Counted from the stretch's first letter, positions 50,372-60,131 are shown. The stretch is DNA of 64,000 bases from Deltaproteobacteria bacterium (GCA_033763315.1 JANRKS010000023.1:64001-128000), one strand, 5' to 3'. The notes: a model not told the origin generated them from the sequence alone. Numbers and translations: made by a program.

Positions 50372-51202
50372 TCATCGCAGGTTGTGAATGGGAACCGCGT
50401 CCATGTCGTCAAACGATTGATTTTCGCCGCCCATCGCCCACACGAAGCTGTACGCGTGCGTGGCAACCCCGGAATGCATCGACCAGCTGGGCGAGACCAC
50501 CGCCTGGCGGTTTGCCACCCACAGATGCCGCGTGTCTTGGGGCGTGCCCATGATGTGGAGCAAGCGATGCGCCTCCGGCAGGTCGAAATAGGCATACGTC
50601 TCGCAGCGCCGCTCGTGCGTGTGAGGCGGCATTGTGTTCCACACGTTGCCGGGCTCAAGCTCGGTGAATCCCATCACCAGCTGGCAACTGCGGATGCCAT
50701 CCACATGGATGAATTGGTGAATGCGCCGCTTGTTCGCTTGGGCTTGGCTGCCGAGCGACAAGATGCGTGCCTCTTCCGGCGCGGCGGCGCGGCTGGGAAA
50801 GGTGGTGTGCGCGGCAAAGCTCACCAGAAAGAACGCGGCGGGATCGGCGGTCGATGCGCTTTCGAAGACGATGTCCTCAGTGCCGCGCCCTAGATAAACG
50901 CAGCCCTTGTGCGGCACAGAGAAGGCTTCTTTGGCGGTTCGCACCTGACCGGCGCCACCCATGTTGATCACACCCACTTCGCGGGCCGCACAGAATGAAG
51001 TTGTGCGAAATTCTTTGGGTGCAAGCAACGGCAGTGGTTCGGTGGTGGGCAACGCCGCGCCCAACACCTGGCGATCCACATCCACCATTTTTAGCGTGAC
51101 CTTTCCTGGCACGAACAGATCGTCCATGAGGAACGCTTGGCGCAGTTCCTCGCTGCTCAGTGATCGGTAACGAACGTTGTCGGGCAGATACTGTATTTTC
51201 AT
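50372..51202 (-). CDS. kduI: 5-dehydro-4-deoxy-D-glucuronate isomerase
   Basis: SCQLVMG, WNTMPPHTHERR, SPSWSMHSG, WAMGGENQ. Confidence 0.96.
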   Translation of the reverse strand: MKIQYLPDNVRYRSLSSEELRQAFLMDDLFVPGKVTLKMVDVDRQVLGAALPTTEPLPLLAPKEFRTTSFCAAREVGVINMGGAGQVRTAKEAFSVPHKGCVYLGRGTEDIVFESASTADPAAFFLVSFAAHTTFPSRAAAPEEARILSLGSQAQANKRRIHQFIHVDGIRSCQLVMGFTELEPGNVWNTMPPHTHERRCETYAYFDLPEAHRLLHIMGTPQDTRHLWVANRQAVVSPSWSMHSGVATHAYSFVWAMGGENQSFDDMDAVPIHNLR

Positions 51203-51984
51203 GAATTGATCCCTATGGCGGCCTTGGCGGCGCGGTAACCCAAGCGATGTGAAAGATCCATGGCAGCCGACATCACGTGCCCCGCCATCTCAGCGACTTT
51301 GCGTTTTGGAAACGAAGCCACAGACGCGGTTATGCCCATGGCTGCGGCGAGGTTTCCGTGCGCATCCCACACGGGAGCGGCCAAGCAGCGCACACCCACG
51401 TGGTATTCCTCGTTGTCGAGCGCATAGCCTTGGCGGCAAACGCGTTCCACTTCGGCAAGCAACGCATCGGTCGACGTGATGGTGCTGGGCGTGCGGCTGC
51501 GCAGATCCAACGTGCCCACGAACGCCTCGGCTGAGGTGCTCAAGCCGAAGCTCAGCAGCACCTTGCCGGTGGCCGATGCGTGCAGATCGGCCAAGGTGCC
51601 CGCGCGGCTGGTGGCATGCACAGGATGAGGGCTGTCACACACTTCGACGATCAGCGCCTTATCGCCTGAAAGCAAAGCGAGGTGCGATGTTTCGCCGGTG
51701 CTGAGGGCCAACCCGCGCAGGGTGGGAACCGCCACGGAGCGAAGGTGCGCGGGGCCCATGGCGCCAAGGCCAAGACGCAACAGCTCACTGCCGGCGCGGA
51801 AGTTCTTGTTCTCGCGCACCAAGAGCCCCTCATCGCAGAAGGTGTGAAGAATCCTTAAGACGGTGGTGCGCGGCATCTGCATGCGGCGAGCGACCTCGGA
51901 AGAGTTCAGCGTGCCTCCCGTGCGTGAAAACAACTTCAGAATCTGGCACGCGCGCGCCAAATTCGGAATCGAGTATTTGTCCAT
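51199..51984 (-). CDS. IclR-family regulator (paralog)
   Basis: IPNLARACQIL, PRTTVLRIL, GETSH, GVRCLAAPV. Confidence 0.93.
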   Translation of the reverse strand: MDKYSIPNLARACQILKLFSRTGGTLNSSEVARRMQMPRTTVLRILHTFCDEGLLVRENKNFRAGSELLRLGLGAMGPAHLRSVAVPTLRGLALSTGETSHLALLSGDKALIVEVCDSPHPVHATSRAGTLADLHASATGKVLLSFGLSTSAEAFVGTLDLRSRTPSTITSTDALLAEVERVCRQGYALDNEEYHVGVRCLAAPVWDAHGNLAAAMGITASVASFPKRKVAEMAGHVMSAAMDLSHRLGYRAAKAAIGINS

Positions 51985-52127
51985 ATTTGAACAGGCACGT
52001 TCTTCCATGGTCAAACTATGGAGAGGCGCGTTCCGGAGGTCAACCGCTATTTGAGCCCCCTGTGCCGGTTGCTGGCACGCCTGTTCAGCCCTGGCCGTAT
52101 GGACACCGTGTTGTTCGCATGTGAACA
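51978..52127. promoter_or_regulatory. IclR-type palindromic operators in the divergent iclR/eda region
   Basis: TGTCC-N6-GAACA (51978, covers the ATG), CGTTC-N6-GGTCA (51998), TGTTC-N6-GAACA (52112). Confidence 0.6.
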
Positions 52128-52220
52128 GGCTTGTTAAAACTGTCCAATTTGACGGCAAAAAGCGCGATTCAAGGCGGCCGCTCTCGCAAAAAGCAGCAAC
52201 CGCTCACACCGCTTCGATCC

Positions 52221-52934
52221 ATGCTGCCGTTCATGATCACTGCTGTTTCTCCGCCGTTTGTGGCACCGCAAAATTGGGCTCTTACCGGCGATTTCAACGA
52301 GGGATTTCGCCATTGGTTGGCCGCCATTCGCGTGGTTCCGGTGGTGCGAGCCGCCTGTGCCGAGGACGCGTTGGCGGTCAGTGAAGCGTTGATCGCAGGT
52401 GGCATCGCAGCGATCGAGGTGACGTTGACGGTTCCGGACGCGACGCGCGCGATCGCGGCGTTGGTGGATCGCTTGGCGGTGACAGTCGGCGCCGGCAGCG
52501 TGCGAACGCGTGACGATGCCGAACGTGCCATGGACGCAGGTGCCAGATTCATCGTGGCTCCGACGTGCGAGAGCGAAGTTCTGCACGCCTGCCAACGCCG
52601 CCAAGTGCCTTGCGTGCTCGGGGCGCTCACGCCAACCGAAATCGAGCGGGCGCACGCAGCCGGGGCCGCGGTGGTGAAGGTATTTCCGGTTGGCTCCATG
52701 GGCGGGCCGAGCTACATCAAGGCCGTCAGCGCGCCGTTGCCGGACATCCCCTTGATGGCGACGGGCGGTGTGGCGTTAAGCGAGATCGAAGCCTATCTCG
52801 ACGCGGGAGCCATGGCGGTGGGCATTGGCAGCGAGTTGGCGAACGTGGCAGCGGTTCAACGGGGCCACGGTGATGAAGTGATACGAGCGGCACAAGATCT
52901 TCGCTCGCGCCTTTTGGGTTCAAAGAGCCGATGA
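52221..52934 (+). CDS. eda: KDPG/KHG aldolase
   Basis: IEVTLT, GAGSV, TPTEI, VKVFP, MATGGV; start uncertain. Confidence 0.92.
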   Translation: MLPFMITAVSPPFVAPQNWALTGDFNEGFRHWLAAIRVVPVVRAACAEDALAVSEALIAGGIAAIEVTLTVPDATRAIAALVDRLAVTVGAGSVRTRDDAERAMDAGARFIVAPTCESEVLHACQRRQVPCVLGALTPTEIERAHAAGAAVVKVFPVGSMGGPSYIKAVSAPLPDIPLMATGGVALSEIEAYLDAGAMAVGIGSELANVAAVQRGHGDEVIRAAQDLRSRLLGSKSR

Positions 52935-53710
52935 TGAACGCGTTTTCTTTGCAAGGCAAAACGGCACTCATCACGGGGTGTCGCCGTGGGATTGGGCGGG
53001 CCATCACAGTGGGCTTGGCGGAAGCTGGCGCCGACATCATAGGAGTGAGCTCGAACCTTGAACCTGATTCCCAAGTGGAACGAGAGGTGCGCGGGCTTGG
53101 TCGCAAGTGGACAGGCTTCAAGGTGGATCTTGCGAGTCGCCCTGCCCGCAAACAGCTGGTGAGCGCGCTCGATAGCGCCGCGCTTGATGTTGACATCTTG
53201 GTCAACAACGCAGGCACCATCCTTCGCCAACCCGCGGCCGAACACGGCAACGATCTGTGGGATGCCGTGATCGAGACGAACCTCACCGGCCCTTTTGAAC
53301 TCACGCGCGATCTTGGGGCGCGCATGTTGAAGCGAGGCACCTCGGCCACGCGCGGTCCCGGCAAGGTGATCTTCATTGCGTCTTTGCTTTCGTTCCAAGG
53401 TGGCATCAACGTGCCTGGATATGCCGCGAGCAAAGGCGGCATTGCGCAGCTCACGAAGGCGTTCGCCAATGAGTGGGCCGGCCGCGGCATCAACGTGAAC
53501 GCCATTGCACCCGGCTACATCGAAACCGATAACACGGCCGCGCTTCGCGATGACGCTGATCGACGCGCGGCGATCACGGCGCGCATCCCCGCCGGCCGGT
53601 GGGGCGTGCCGGAGGATTTCAAGGGACCTGCCGTTTTCTTGGCCAGCGGGGCCAGCAATTACATCCACGGCACTGTCTTGACTGTGGATGGCGGCTGGAT
53701 GGGCCGGTGA
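52931..53710 (+). CDS. kduD: 2-dehydro-3-deoxy-D-gluconate 5-dehydrogenase
   Basis: TGCRRGIG, ASLLSFQGGINVPGYAASKGG, VDGGWMGR. Confidence 0.93.
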   Translation: MMNAFSLQGKTALITGCRRGIGRAITVGLAEAGADIIGVSSNLEPDSQVEREVRGLGRKWTGFKVDLASRPARKQLVSALDSAALDVDILVNNAGTILRQPAAEHGNDLWDAVIETNLTGPFELTRDLGARMLKRGTSATRGPGKVIFIASLLSFQGGINVPGYAASKGGIAQLTKAFANEWAGRGINVNAIAPGYIETDNTAALRDDADRRAAITARIPAGRWGVPEDFKGPAVFLASGASNYIHGTVLTVDGGWMGR

Positions 53711-53722
53711 CCGGAGACACAC

Positions 53723-54067
53723 ATGGATCACGACGACGTTCTGAACCTCTTTTGCTTCGCCAAAGACGTGCAGCCCCTTTACCCAGAGCCGGGTTTACGC
53801 AGATTCATATTGGCCACGGGGTCACAGATGATGCTCGTTCGCCACTTGATGGACGAAGGCTATCAAGGCGCGGCTCACAGCCATCCGCATGATCAGATGG
53901 TTTACGTGCTCGCGGGTCGCTTGCGCGTGGTGGTGGCCGAAAGCACCTTCGAGGTCGGGCCTCAAGATAGTTTCATCGTTCCCGGAGGCGTGCAGCACCA
54001 AGCCACAGCGCTTGAGGCGGCCGACGTGTTGGATGCCTTCACGCCGCAAAGACGGGATTACTTGTGA
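53723..54067 (+). CDS. kdgF: Cupin, KdgF-like
   Basis: HSHPHDQMVYV, H-x-A, DAFTPQRRDYL; kdu gene context. Confidence 0.8.
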   Translation: MDHDDVLNLFCFAKDVQPLYPEPGLRRFILATGSQMMLVRHLMDEGYQGAAHSHPHDQMVYVLAGRLRVVVAESTFEVGPQDSFIVPGGVQHQATALEAADVLDAFTPQRRDYL

Positions 54068-54097
54068 AGAAGTCTTGGCGGCTCCGCTTGTTCATTT

Positions 54098-54140
54098 CTT
54101 GCGCAAGTTGATCGCTTCACCTTGCGCAAATCGCGCAAAA
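54098..54140. promoter_or_regulatory. Repeated TTGCGCAA palindromes, candidate activator sites
   Basis: CTTGCGCAAG (54098), CTTGCGCAAA (54121), TCGCGCAAAA (54131). Confidence 0.5.
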
Positions 54141-54199
54141 CGCGGCTCCTTCGCGCGCCTTTGACCCCCTGAACGCCGGGGCATGACTGCGCATCAGCG

Positions 54200-54215
54200 T
54201 GGCGCGCCTTTTGCT
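54200..54215 (+). promoter_or_regulatory. sigma54 promoter
   Basis: TGGCGCGCCTTTTGCT, near-consensus -24/-12; GGAGG RBS before ATG 54264. Confidence 0.75.
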
Positions 54216-54263
54216 GAAACCAAGTCTGATTCCACGTCCCTCGTTCACCTTTGGAGGAAATTC

Positions 54264-55181
54264 ATGCGGCAACCTTTCGTTCGTTCCCTTGGCAATCTAG
54301 CTTTGCGCCACGCTGTGTTGACCAGTGCTTTTGCGGCGGCCATCGCGTGCGGCCCCGCGCCCAGCGACAGCACCCCGCCCGGTGGCGGCAACACGGGCGG
54401 TTCGTCATCGGCCGGCGGATCTTCAGGGAACAACAACAAGGGTGGATTACCAGGAACGAGCGGCACCGGTGCGATGGGCGGCTCCAGCGCAAGCGCGAAC
54501 GGCGGATCGATGGGCTCGATGGGCGATGGGAGCGTGCAATGCAACGGCGAGCCTGGCACCGGCGCGTTGTCTGATTTCGAGGGAGGCACGGCCAAGCTTT
54601 TGGAGCTCGAAGGCCGTACGGGCAGCTGGTTCCTGTATGACGACGGCACGGCGGGCGGCACCCAGATGCCTGCAAAGGTGCCAAACATGCCTTTGGCAGC
54701 CGAGGGCCCCGGCGCCTGCAACAGCATGTTTGCGTTTCACTCAACCGGCAGCGGCTTTGACAGCTGGGCTGGCGTTGGGGTGAACTTGGCGCCAAAGGCT
54801 TCTAACGGAAAGAAGGGCGTCCAAAACATAAGCGCTTATTCATCGATCAGTTTCCGCGCCAAAGCTGCCAACCCGGTGCTCGTGCGCGTGGCCATCTCCG
54901 ATAAAAACAGTGAGCCTGAAGGCGGCGTGTGCACCGTCACCACGGTCACAACCGACAAAACACGGTGTGCAGATCACTTCGGCAAAGAGATCACGATCGG
55001 CTCTGGCTGGAAGGATTACACCATCCCGTTCGCGCAGCTTTCGCAAAGGGGCTTCGGCTTGGCCGTACCCAGTGGGCTCGATAAGAACAACGCGATCACG
55101 CTGTTCTTTCAAGCCCGTGCCCAAGGGACCGCGAAACTTTCTTACGATCTGTGGCTCGACGACGTTCGCTTCGTGAAGTGA
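54264..55181 (+). CDS. Lipoprotein with Gly-rich linker and CBM11-like carbohydrate-binding domain
   Basis: AAIAC lipobox; DFEG, WAGVG, ISFRAK, WKDYTIPFAQL, LWLDDVRF. Confidence 0.75.
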   Translation: MRQPFVRSLGNLALRHAVLTSAFAAAIACGPAPSDSTPPGGGNTGGSSSAGGSSGNNNKGGLPGTSGTGAMGGSSASANGGSMGSMGDGSVQCNGEPGTGALSDFEGGTAKLLELEGRTGSWFLYDDGTAGGTQMPAKVPNMPLAAEGPGACNSMFAFHSTGSGFDSWAGVGVNLAPKASNGKKGVQNISAYSSISFRAKAANPVLVRVAISDKNSEPEGGVCTVTTVTTDKTRCADHFGKEITIGSGWKDYTIPFAQLSQRGFGLAVPSGLDKNNAITLFFQARAQGTAKLSYDLWLDDVRFVK

Positions 55182-55190
55182 GCCACACCT

Positions 55191-56780
55191 ATGCACAATT
55201 TTTGCGCGCGCACCCTGCCCGTTTGGGTGTGCCTCGGCGGCGCCATCATCAGCGCACGAGCCCAGGCCCAAGAAGCAACTGAAGATCAAGAGACGCCTGA
55301 AGCACCGGCCGCCGGTGCTCCCACGCCGGCCCCCGCCGATAAAGATTCCGTGGGCCTGTCCCCACAGACGCCTCAGTACGGCCAAGAGGCAGACGAAGCC
55401 CGTCCAGCTCCGGCCTCCGCGACGATCGGCGGCGATGGTTTCAAGCTGGATTTCCAGGGCTACATGCGAGCGCCTATGCGTATTGGTGTTGGCCCCCGCA
55501 ACGACGGCATGCCTGGCAACGAGCTGCACAGCCCACCGCGCATACCGGATGGCACGTTCACCAATTGGAACTACCTCAACAACACGCCCGGCCCCTGGGC
55601 GGAGATGATGTTCGGTTACGGCAACAGCCGAGCGACGATGACTGTGTCGATTGCCAGCTTCAACCAAACCGTCGCCGGCTATCGTGAGCTTCAGGCGCAA
55701 CAGGGAATCAACCAGGCCTTTGTGACCGTTCGTTTCCCCGACACGTTCGGCCGTTATGGTGGACTCGTCGCCAACGTTGGCTCGTTTACCAATCGCTACG
55801 GCACAGCGGGCAAATATGGCGCCGGCATGTACCAAACCTACTTGTTTGGTCGAACGAGGGTGGCCGGTGAGACGCTCACGGCAACGTTTAATCTGACGCC
55901 TAACCACGATCTGGTTCTCGAACACGGCATCGGCGCCAAGCTGGATGTGATTCCTTTCGTCAAGGTTGATCCCCGTCCCGAGTACCTGCCATACGAGGGG
56001 CCCGAGCCACAAGGTTCAACGTTCTTGCATCACGCACACGTCTTATGGACGTGGCGCAAAACCCTCACGTTGGGCGGGCACTATCTGCGGTCATGGAGCC
56101 CTGACGATCGGCAGCTCGCGGGTGTGGCGAGCGCGCCCGGTTCGATGACGGTCAAAGGTGGCGAGGTTCGCCTCAACGGGGGTGTGGTGGGCGATGGCTA
56201 CCTTGGCTTCTCACGAGTCGAAGCCAACAACGTGCGCGTTCTAAGCGACGCCATTGAGGTTCTGCATTCGTTTGGTGGATGGCAGTTTAAGAACAACTTC
56301 TTCGGCCGTTTTGATCCTCGAACGGGCACAGCCGTGCGGGATGAGTCGGGGCGTGTGGATACGCTCCTCTTTCAGCACAGCGTGAGCATTGGAAAGATCG
56401 CTCGTTATCCGGCGCGCTTTTGGGGCCGTGGGCCCGACCTCGTGGCAACCGTGTTCGGCATGTACAACCGGGTGCAATCAGACAACAACAGCCATACCAA
56501 ACTCAAGGTCGGCGCAGATCTTCTCTACACGCCGCTGCCCTGGCTTGGCGTGGGTGGTCGATACGATCTGGTGCGTCCCGACTCTCGCGACGCCGAGGAG
56601 TCGTTCTCGGTGCTGTCTCCCCGGCTGCAATTTCGCACGCAGTTCTTGGCGCACGAACGCATCACTGTGCAGTACTCGCGCTACTTCCTCGGCAGCAAAG
56701 CTTATCCCGCGTTTCCTTACGAGACGTCCAACGCGGCTGATCCGGACGTGTTCATGATCGTGGCCTCGATGTGGTGGTGA
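55191..56780 (+). CDS. Outer-membrane beta-barrel, LamB/carbohydrate-porin-like
   Basis: Signal peptide; DFQGYMRAPMRIG (LamB has DFHGYARSGIG); amphipathic strands; ends ASMWW (LamB ends MEIWW). Confidence 0.65.
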   Translation: MHNFCARTLPVWVCLGGAIISARAQAQEATEDQETPEAPAAGAPTPAPADKDSVGLSPQTPQYGQEADEARPAPASATIGGDGFKLDFQGYMRAPMRIGVGPRNDGMPGNELHSPPRIPDGTFTNWNYLNNTPGPWAEMMFGYGNSRATMTVSIASFNQTVAGYRELQAQQGINQAFVTVRFPDTFGRYGGLVANVGSFTNRYGTAGKYGAGMYQTYLFGRTRVAGETLTATFNLTPNHDLVLEHGIGAKLDVIPFVKVDPRPEYLPYEGPEPQGSTFLHHAHVLWTWRKTLTLGGHYLRSWSPDDRQLAGVASAPGSMTVKGGEVRLNGGVVGDGYLGFSRVEANNVRVLSDAIEVLHSFGGWQFKNNFFGRFDPRTGTAVRDESGRVDTLLFQHSVSIGKIARYPARFWGRGPDLVATVFGMYNRVQSDNNSHTKLKVGADLLYTPLPWLGVGGRYDLVRPDSRDAEESFSVLSPRLQFRTQFLAHERITVQYSRYFLGSKAYPAFPYETSNAADPDVFMIVASMWW

Positions 56781-56781
56781 A

Positions 56782-57681
56782 ATGAAAATCGCACAAACAT
56801 ATCGAAAAGCAGTCGCGGCGTTACTCACGGCTTATCTGGGATGCGGCTGCCTGACGGCGGCCGAGCCTCAACGGACGCGTCGGGGCTCCACAACGCCGTG
56901 GCGTTCGACATTTGAGAAAGTGGATTGGCTTGCAGAATGGAACCCGCAGCGGCACGGCCGTTTCGGGTTGGACAACTTGTCTGTGCACGAAGAGCCCGGG
57001 CAACCCATTCCTCGTTTTTTGCGCGCGCAATACTACAAGGGCGGCGCAAGCCCCAGCGCAAGCCGCCGCGTGGGCGTCAAAGAAGGCGGGGGCCAGATGC
57101 TTGGCACACTGCCAGACGGCCCCGTCGACGCTCTGTATTTGCGCTACTGGGTGAGGTTCGCGCCGGATTTTGATTTCGTCAAAGGTGGCAAGCTGCCCGG
57201 CTTTTATGGCGGCACCATGATCAGCGGTGGGAACATTCCCGACGGCACGAACGGGTTCTCCACGCGCATGATGTGGCGCACCGATGGCATGGGCGAGGTC
57301 TATATCTACGGTCCCACCAGCACCAAGTTCGGCACCAGCTTAGGGCGGGGCAGTTTTACGTTTGCCAAGGGACGATGGCACTGCGTGGAGCAGCGCCTCA
57401 TCTTGAACACACCATCGCAGTTGGACGGCCAAGTTCATATTTGGCTCGATGAAAAGCCAGTGTTCAGCGACACCCGGTTGCTGCTGCGCACGGTCGGGAG
57501 TTTGAAGATCGAAGGCGTGTTTTTCTCGACGTTCTTCGGTGGAGGCGATCCGTCGTGGGCTCCCCCTCGCGATACTTACGCGGACTTCGCCGATTTCGCC
57601 ACGAGTTCCAAACGACTTGGCTGCCCGGGCCTGCAAACCCCAGAACAGCCAACTTCACCAAAGGCAAAGGCGGGCACATGA
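56782..57681 (+). CDS. Polysaccharide lyase, PL14-like
   Basis: LRYWVRF..DFDFVKGGKLPGFYGG, GFSTRMMWR, FFSTFFGG. Confidence 0.85.
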   Translation: MKIAQTYRKAVAALLTAYLGCGCLTAAEPQRTRRGSTTPWRSTFEKVDWLAEWNPQRHGRFGLDNLSVHEEPGQPIPRFLRAQYYKGGASPSASRRVGVKEGGGQMLGTLPDGPVDALYLRYWVRFAPDFDFVKGGKLPGFYGGTMISGGNIPDGTNGFSTRMMWRTDGMGEVYIYGPTSTKFGTSLGRGSFTFAKGRWHCVEQRLILNTPSQLDGQVHIWLDEKPVFSDTRLLLRTVGSLKIEGVFFSTFFGGGDPSWAPPRDTYADFADFATSSKRLGCPGLQTPEQPTSPKAKAGT

Positions 57682-58841
57682 AGTTTTTTTCAGGGCTGAT
57701 TTGCGCAATTGTGTTCACGGGCGCGTGTGGTCCCACCGGTGAGGAGCGACCGCCTTATTCGTCAAATCCAGGCAGCGGCGCGGCGGGAGGCAACACAAGC
57801 GGAACCGGCGGCGCGGCGGTCGACTTTACCTTCGAGCCCGCCATGGCAGGGCAAGGCGGCATGGACGCCCTCGTCGTGCCACAGTCGTGTGCGGCAAAGA
57901 GTGTGGTGGGTGAGCGGCTGCCGCTTGATGTATTTGTGCTGCTGGATCAAAGCGGCTCGATGACTGAGGGCGAGGATCGATGGGGGCCTGTGACAGCCGC
58001 GATTTTGGGCTTCGTGGATGATCCCACTTCGCAAGGTGTGGGCGTGGCGCTGCAGTATTTTCCCTTGGGCGCACAGAAGCGCGAAGATCCACTCATCTGC
58101 CAAACCAGCAATTATGAAACGCCAGCGGTGCCGTTTGCGCAGCTTCCCCAAGCGGCGGCGGCCGTGCGCCAGTCGATCATGGCCCACGCGTTCGGTCCGG
58201 CAGAATCCGACACGCCCGCCCACTGGGGCACCCCCACCCGCCCTGCGGTGGAAGGCGTTCTCACGTACTTGCGCGCCTGGCAAGCCGCGCACGCCGACCA
58301 CCGCACGGTGTTGTTGTTGGCCACAGATGGTCTACCTTCAAAGTTGTGCGCCAAGAACACGATCAGTGACATCGCAGCGCTTTTGCGACAGGCAGCCACG
58401 GGGCCCATGCCCATCTCTACGTACGTGATCGGCATTGGCAAGATCGACAACCTGCAAGAGCTCGCGCAAGCGGGAGCCACCGGCAAGCCAGCGTTCGTTG
58501 TGAGCAATACGGGCGGTGAGGCGATCCGTGCGGAGTTTTTGGCAGCTCTTCAAACCATTCGAAAGGCGGCGGTGCCTTGTGCGGTTCGCATCCCCGATGC
58601 GATGGGCGCCGTGGATTTGGGAAAAGTGAACGTTGAGCTCACAGACGCGGGCGGCACAAAGAAAGTTGTTCCTCGTGTTGACGGTGCCGCAGCTTGCAAA
58701 GCTGGTGTGCCGGCCTGGCACTTCGACGTGGCAGACAAACCAAGCGCGCTGGTGATGTGCCCCAGTGCGTGTGAACAGGTTTCCTCACCGGGTGCACGCG
58801 TAGACGTGGTCATCGGGTGCAAGACGGTGGTGGTGCTTTGA
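57678..58841 (+). CDS. VWA-domain lipoprotein, CglB-like
   Basis: FTGAC lipobox; LDQSGSM, TPT, ATDG; Cys-rich tail MCPSAC..IGC. Confidence 0.82.
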   Translation: MKFFSGLICAIVFTGACGPTGEERPPYSSNPGSGAAGGNTSGTGGAAVDFTFEPAMAGQGGMDALVVPQSCAAKSVVGERLPLDVFVLLDQSGSMTEGEDRWGPVTAAILGFVDDPTSQGVGVALQYFPLGAQKREDPLICQTSNYETPAVPFAQLPQAAAAVRQSIMAHAFGPAESDTPAHWGTPTRPAVEGVLTYLRAWQAAHADHRTVLLLATDGLPSKLCAKNTISDIAALLRQAATGPMPISTYVIGIGKIDNLQELAQAGATGKPAFVVSNTGGEAIRAEFLAALQTIRKAAVPCAVRIPDAMGAVDLGKVNVELTDAGGTKKVVPRVDGAAACKAGVPAWHFDVADKPSALVMCPSACEQVSSPGARVDVVIGCKTVVVL

Positions 58842-60070
58842 TCGTTTTGCGCCCACGCGTGCGAACGCTGGCGTGGCTGGTGTGCCTGCTGGGCGCCTCC
58901 GCCTGCGAGGCTGCTTTTCCAGGATCGACTGGCGTTGATCCCGTGGATGAATCAAGCCGCAACGATGGAGGAGCGCCGGCCGCTGGTGGCAACGGAGATC
59001 TCGATAACGTCGGCGGCGAGATGGGCGGTCAACCGCCAGACGAACAGCCCGCAACGGGTGGAATTGCAGGCGGCGGTGGCAGCGGCGGGCAAAGCGGTTC
59101 TGGTGGCATGACCGGCACAGGCGGCACATCGACGCCACCCACAGGTTTTCCGTCGCTGCCAGCGGATCCCTGCGGCTATGCCGCCACGCGGGTTGTGGAT
59201 GCCAAGGACACACAAGGCCTCAAAGACGCGTTGGCCACCGCGACGCCAGGCACGCGCATCGTCTTGGCTCCGGGGACCTATACCAGCAGCTTCGTGATCA
59301 GCCGTTCGGGCCGCGCCGGCGTTCCCATTGTGGTGTGCGGACCGCGCACCGCCATCGTGCAGGCGGGGCGTTCAGATGACGTCATTCACATAACCGGCGA
59401 CCACATCATTCTTTCTGGATTCGACGTGCGCGGCGGACTTCGTGGCGTGCTGACAGATGGGAGTGAGGGGGTGTTGCTGTCGGCTCTCGAAGTGCATGAC
59501 ATCGGCCAAGAAGGCGTTCACCTGCGAGCCAAGAGCTCCAAAAACCTGATCCGCAACTGCCGCATCTACAACACAGGTGTCAGCAAAGCAGAATTTGGCG
59601 AGGGCATTTATGTGGGCAGCGCCGTCAGCTCGTGGGCGAAATATGGCGGCGGCACCAACCAACCCGACCGCAGCGATGGCAATCTGATCATCGACAACAA
59701 CATTGGCCCGGATGTGCGAGCGGAGCACATCGACGTCAAAGAAGGCACAAGCGGAGGCACCGTGGAAGGCAACTCATTTGACGGGCGCGGCATGACGGGC
59801 CAAGGCTTCGCCGATTCATGGATCGACGTTAAGGGCAGCCAATGGCTCATCGCCAACAACCAGGGCAAGACGTCGTTGTTGGACGGTTTTCAAGTTCATG
59901 TTGTTGCTGATGGGTGGGGACGAGGGAACACATTTCGTGGCAATCGGTTCGACCTCGCAGGCAGTGGTTATGGCGTATGGATTGAGAAGTCTGCGCAAGA
60001 CAACAAGGTTGCTTGTGACAATCAACTCATTGGCAACGCCAAGGGCCTTTCCAACGTCGCTTGCGAATGA
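58838..60070 (+). CDS. Right-handed beta-helix lipoprotein, polysaccharide lyase (PL31/PL6-like)
   Basis: GASAC lipobox; PGTRIVLAPGTY, HDIGQEGVHLR, GEGIYVGS, EHIDVKEGT, DSWIDVKG. Confidence 0.75.
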   Translation: MIVLRPRVRTLAWLVCLLGASACEAAFPGSTGVDPVDESSRNDGGAPAAGGNGDLDNVGGEMGGQPPDEQPATGGIAGGGGSGGQSGSGGMTGTGGTSTPPTGFPSLPADPCGYAATRVVDAKDTQGLKDALATATPGTRIVLAPGTYTSSFVISRSGRAGVPIVVCGPRTAIVQAGRSDDVIHITGDHIILSGFDVRGGLRGVLTDGSEGVLLSALEVHDIGQEGVHLRAKSSKNLIRNCRIYNTGVSKAEFGEGIYVGSAVSSWAKYGGGTNQPDRSDGNLIIDNNIGPDVRAEHIDVKEGTSGGTVEGNSFDGRGMTGQGFADSWIDVKGSQWLIANNQGKTSLLDGFQVHVVADGWGRGNTFRGNRFDLAGSGYGVWIEKSAQDNKVACDNQLIGNAKGLSNVACE

Positions 60071-60131
60071 CAGTGCAGCCTGCTTTCGCCGCGCGACAAA
60101 GCCGGATCAGCAGCAAAATCCAGCTGTGCAG

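Noticed and set aside
52073-52088. sigma54 promoter before eda (TGGCACGCCTGTTCAG)
   Set aside because: The -12 GC is replaced by CA
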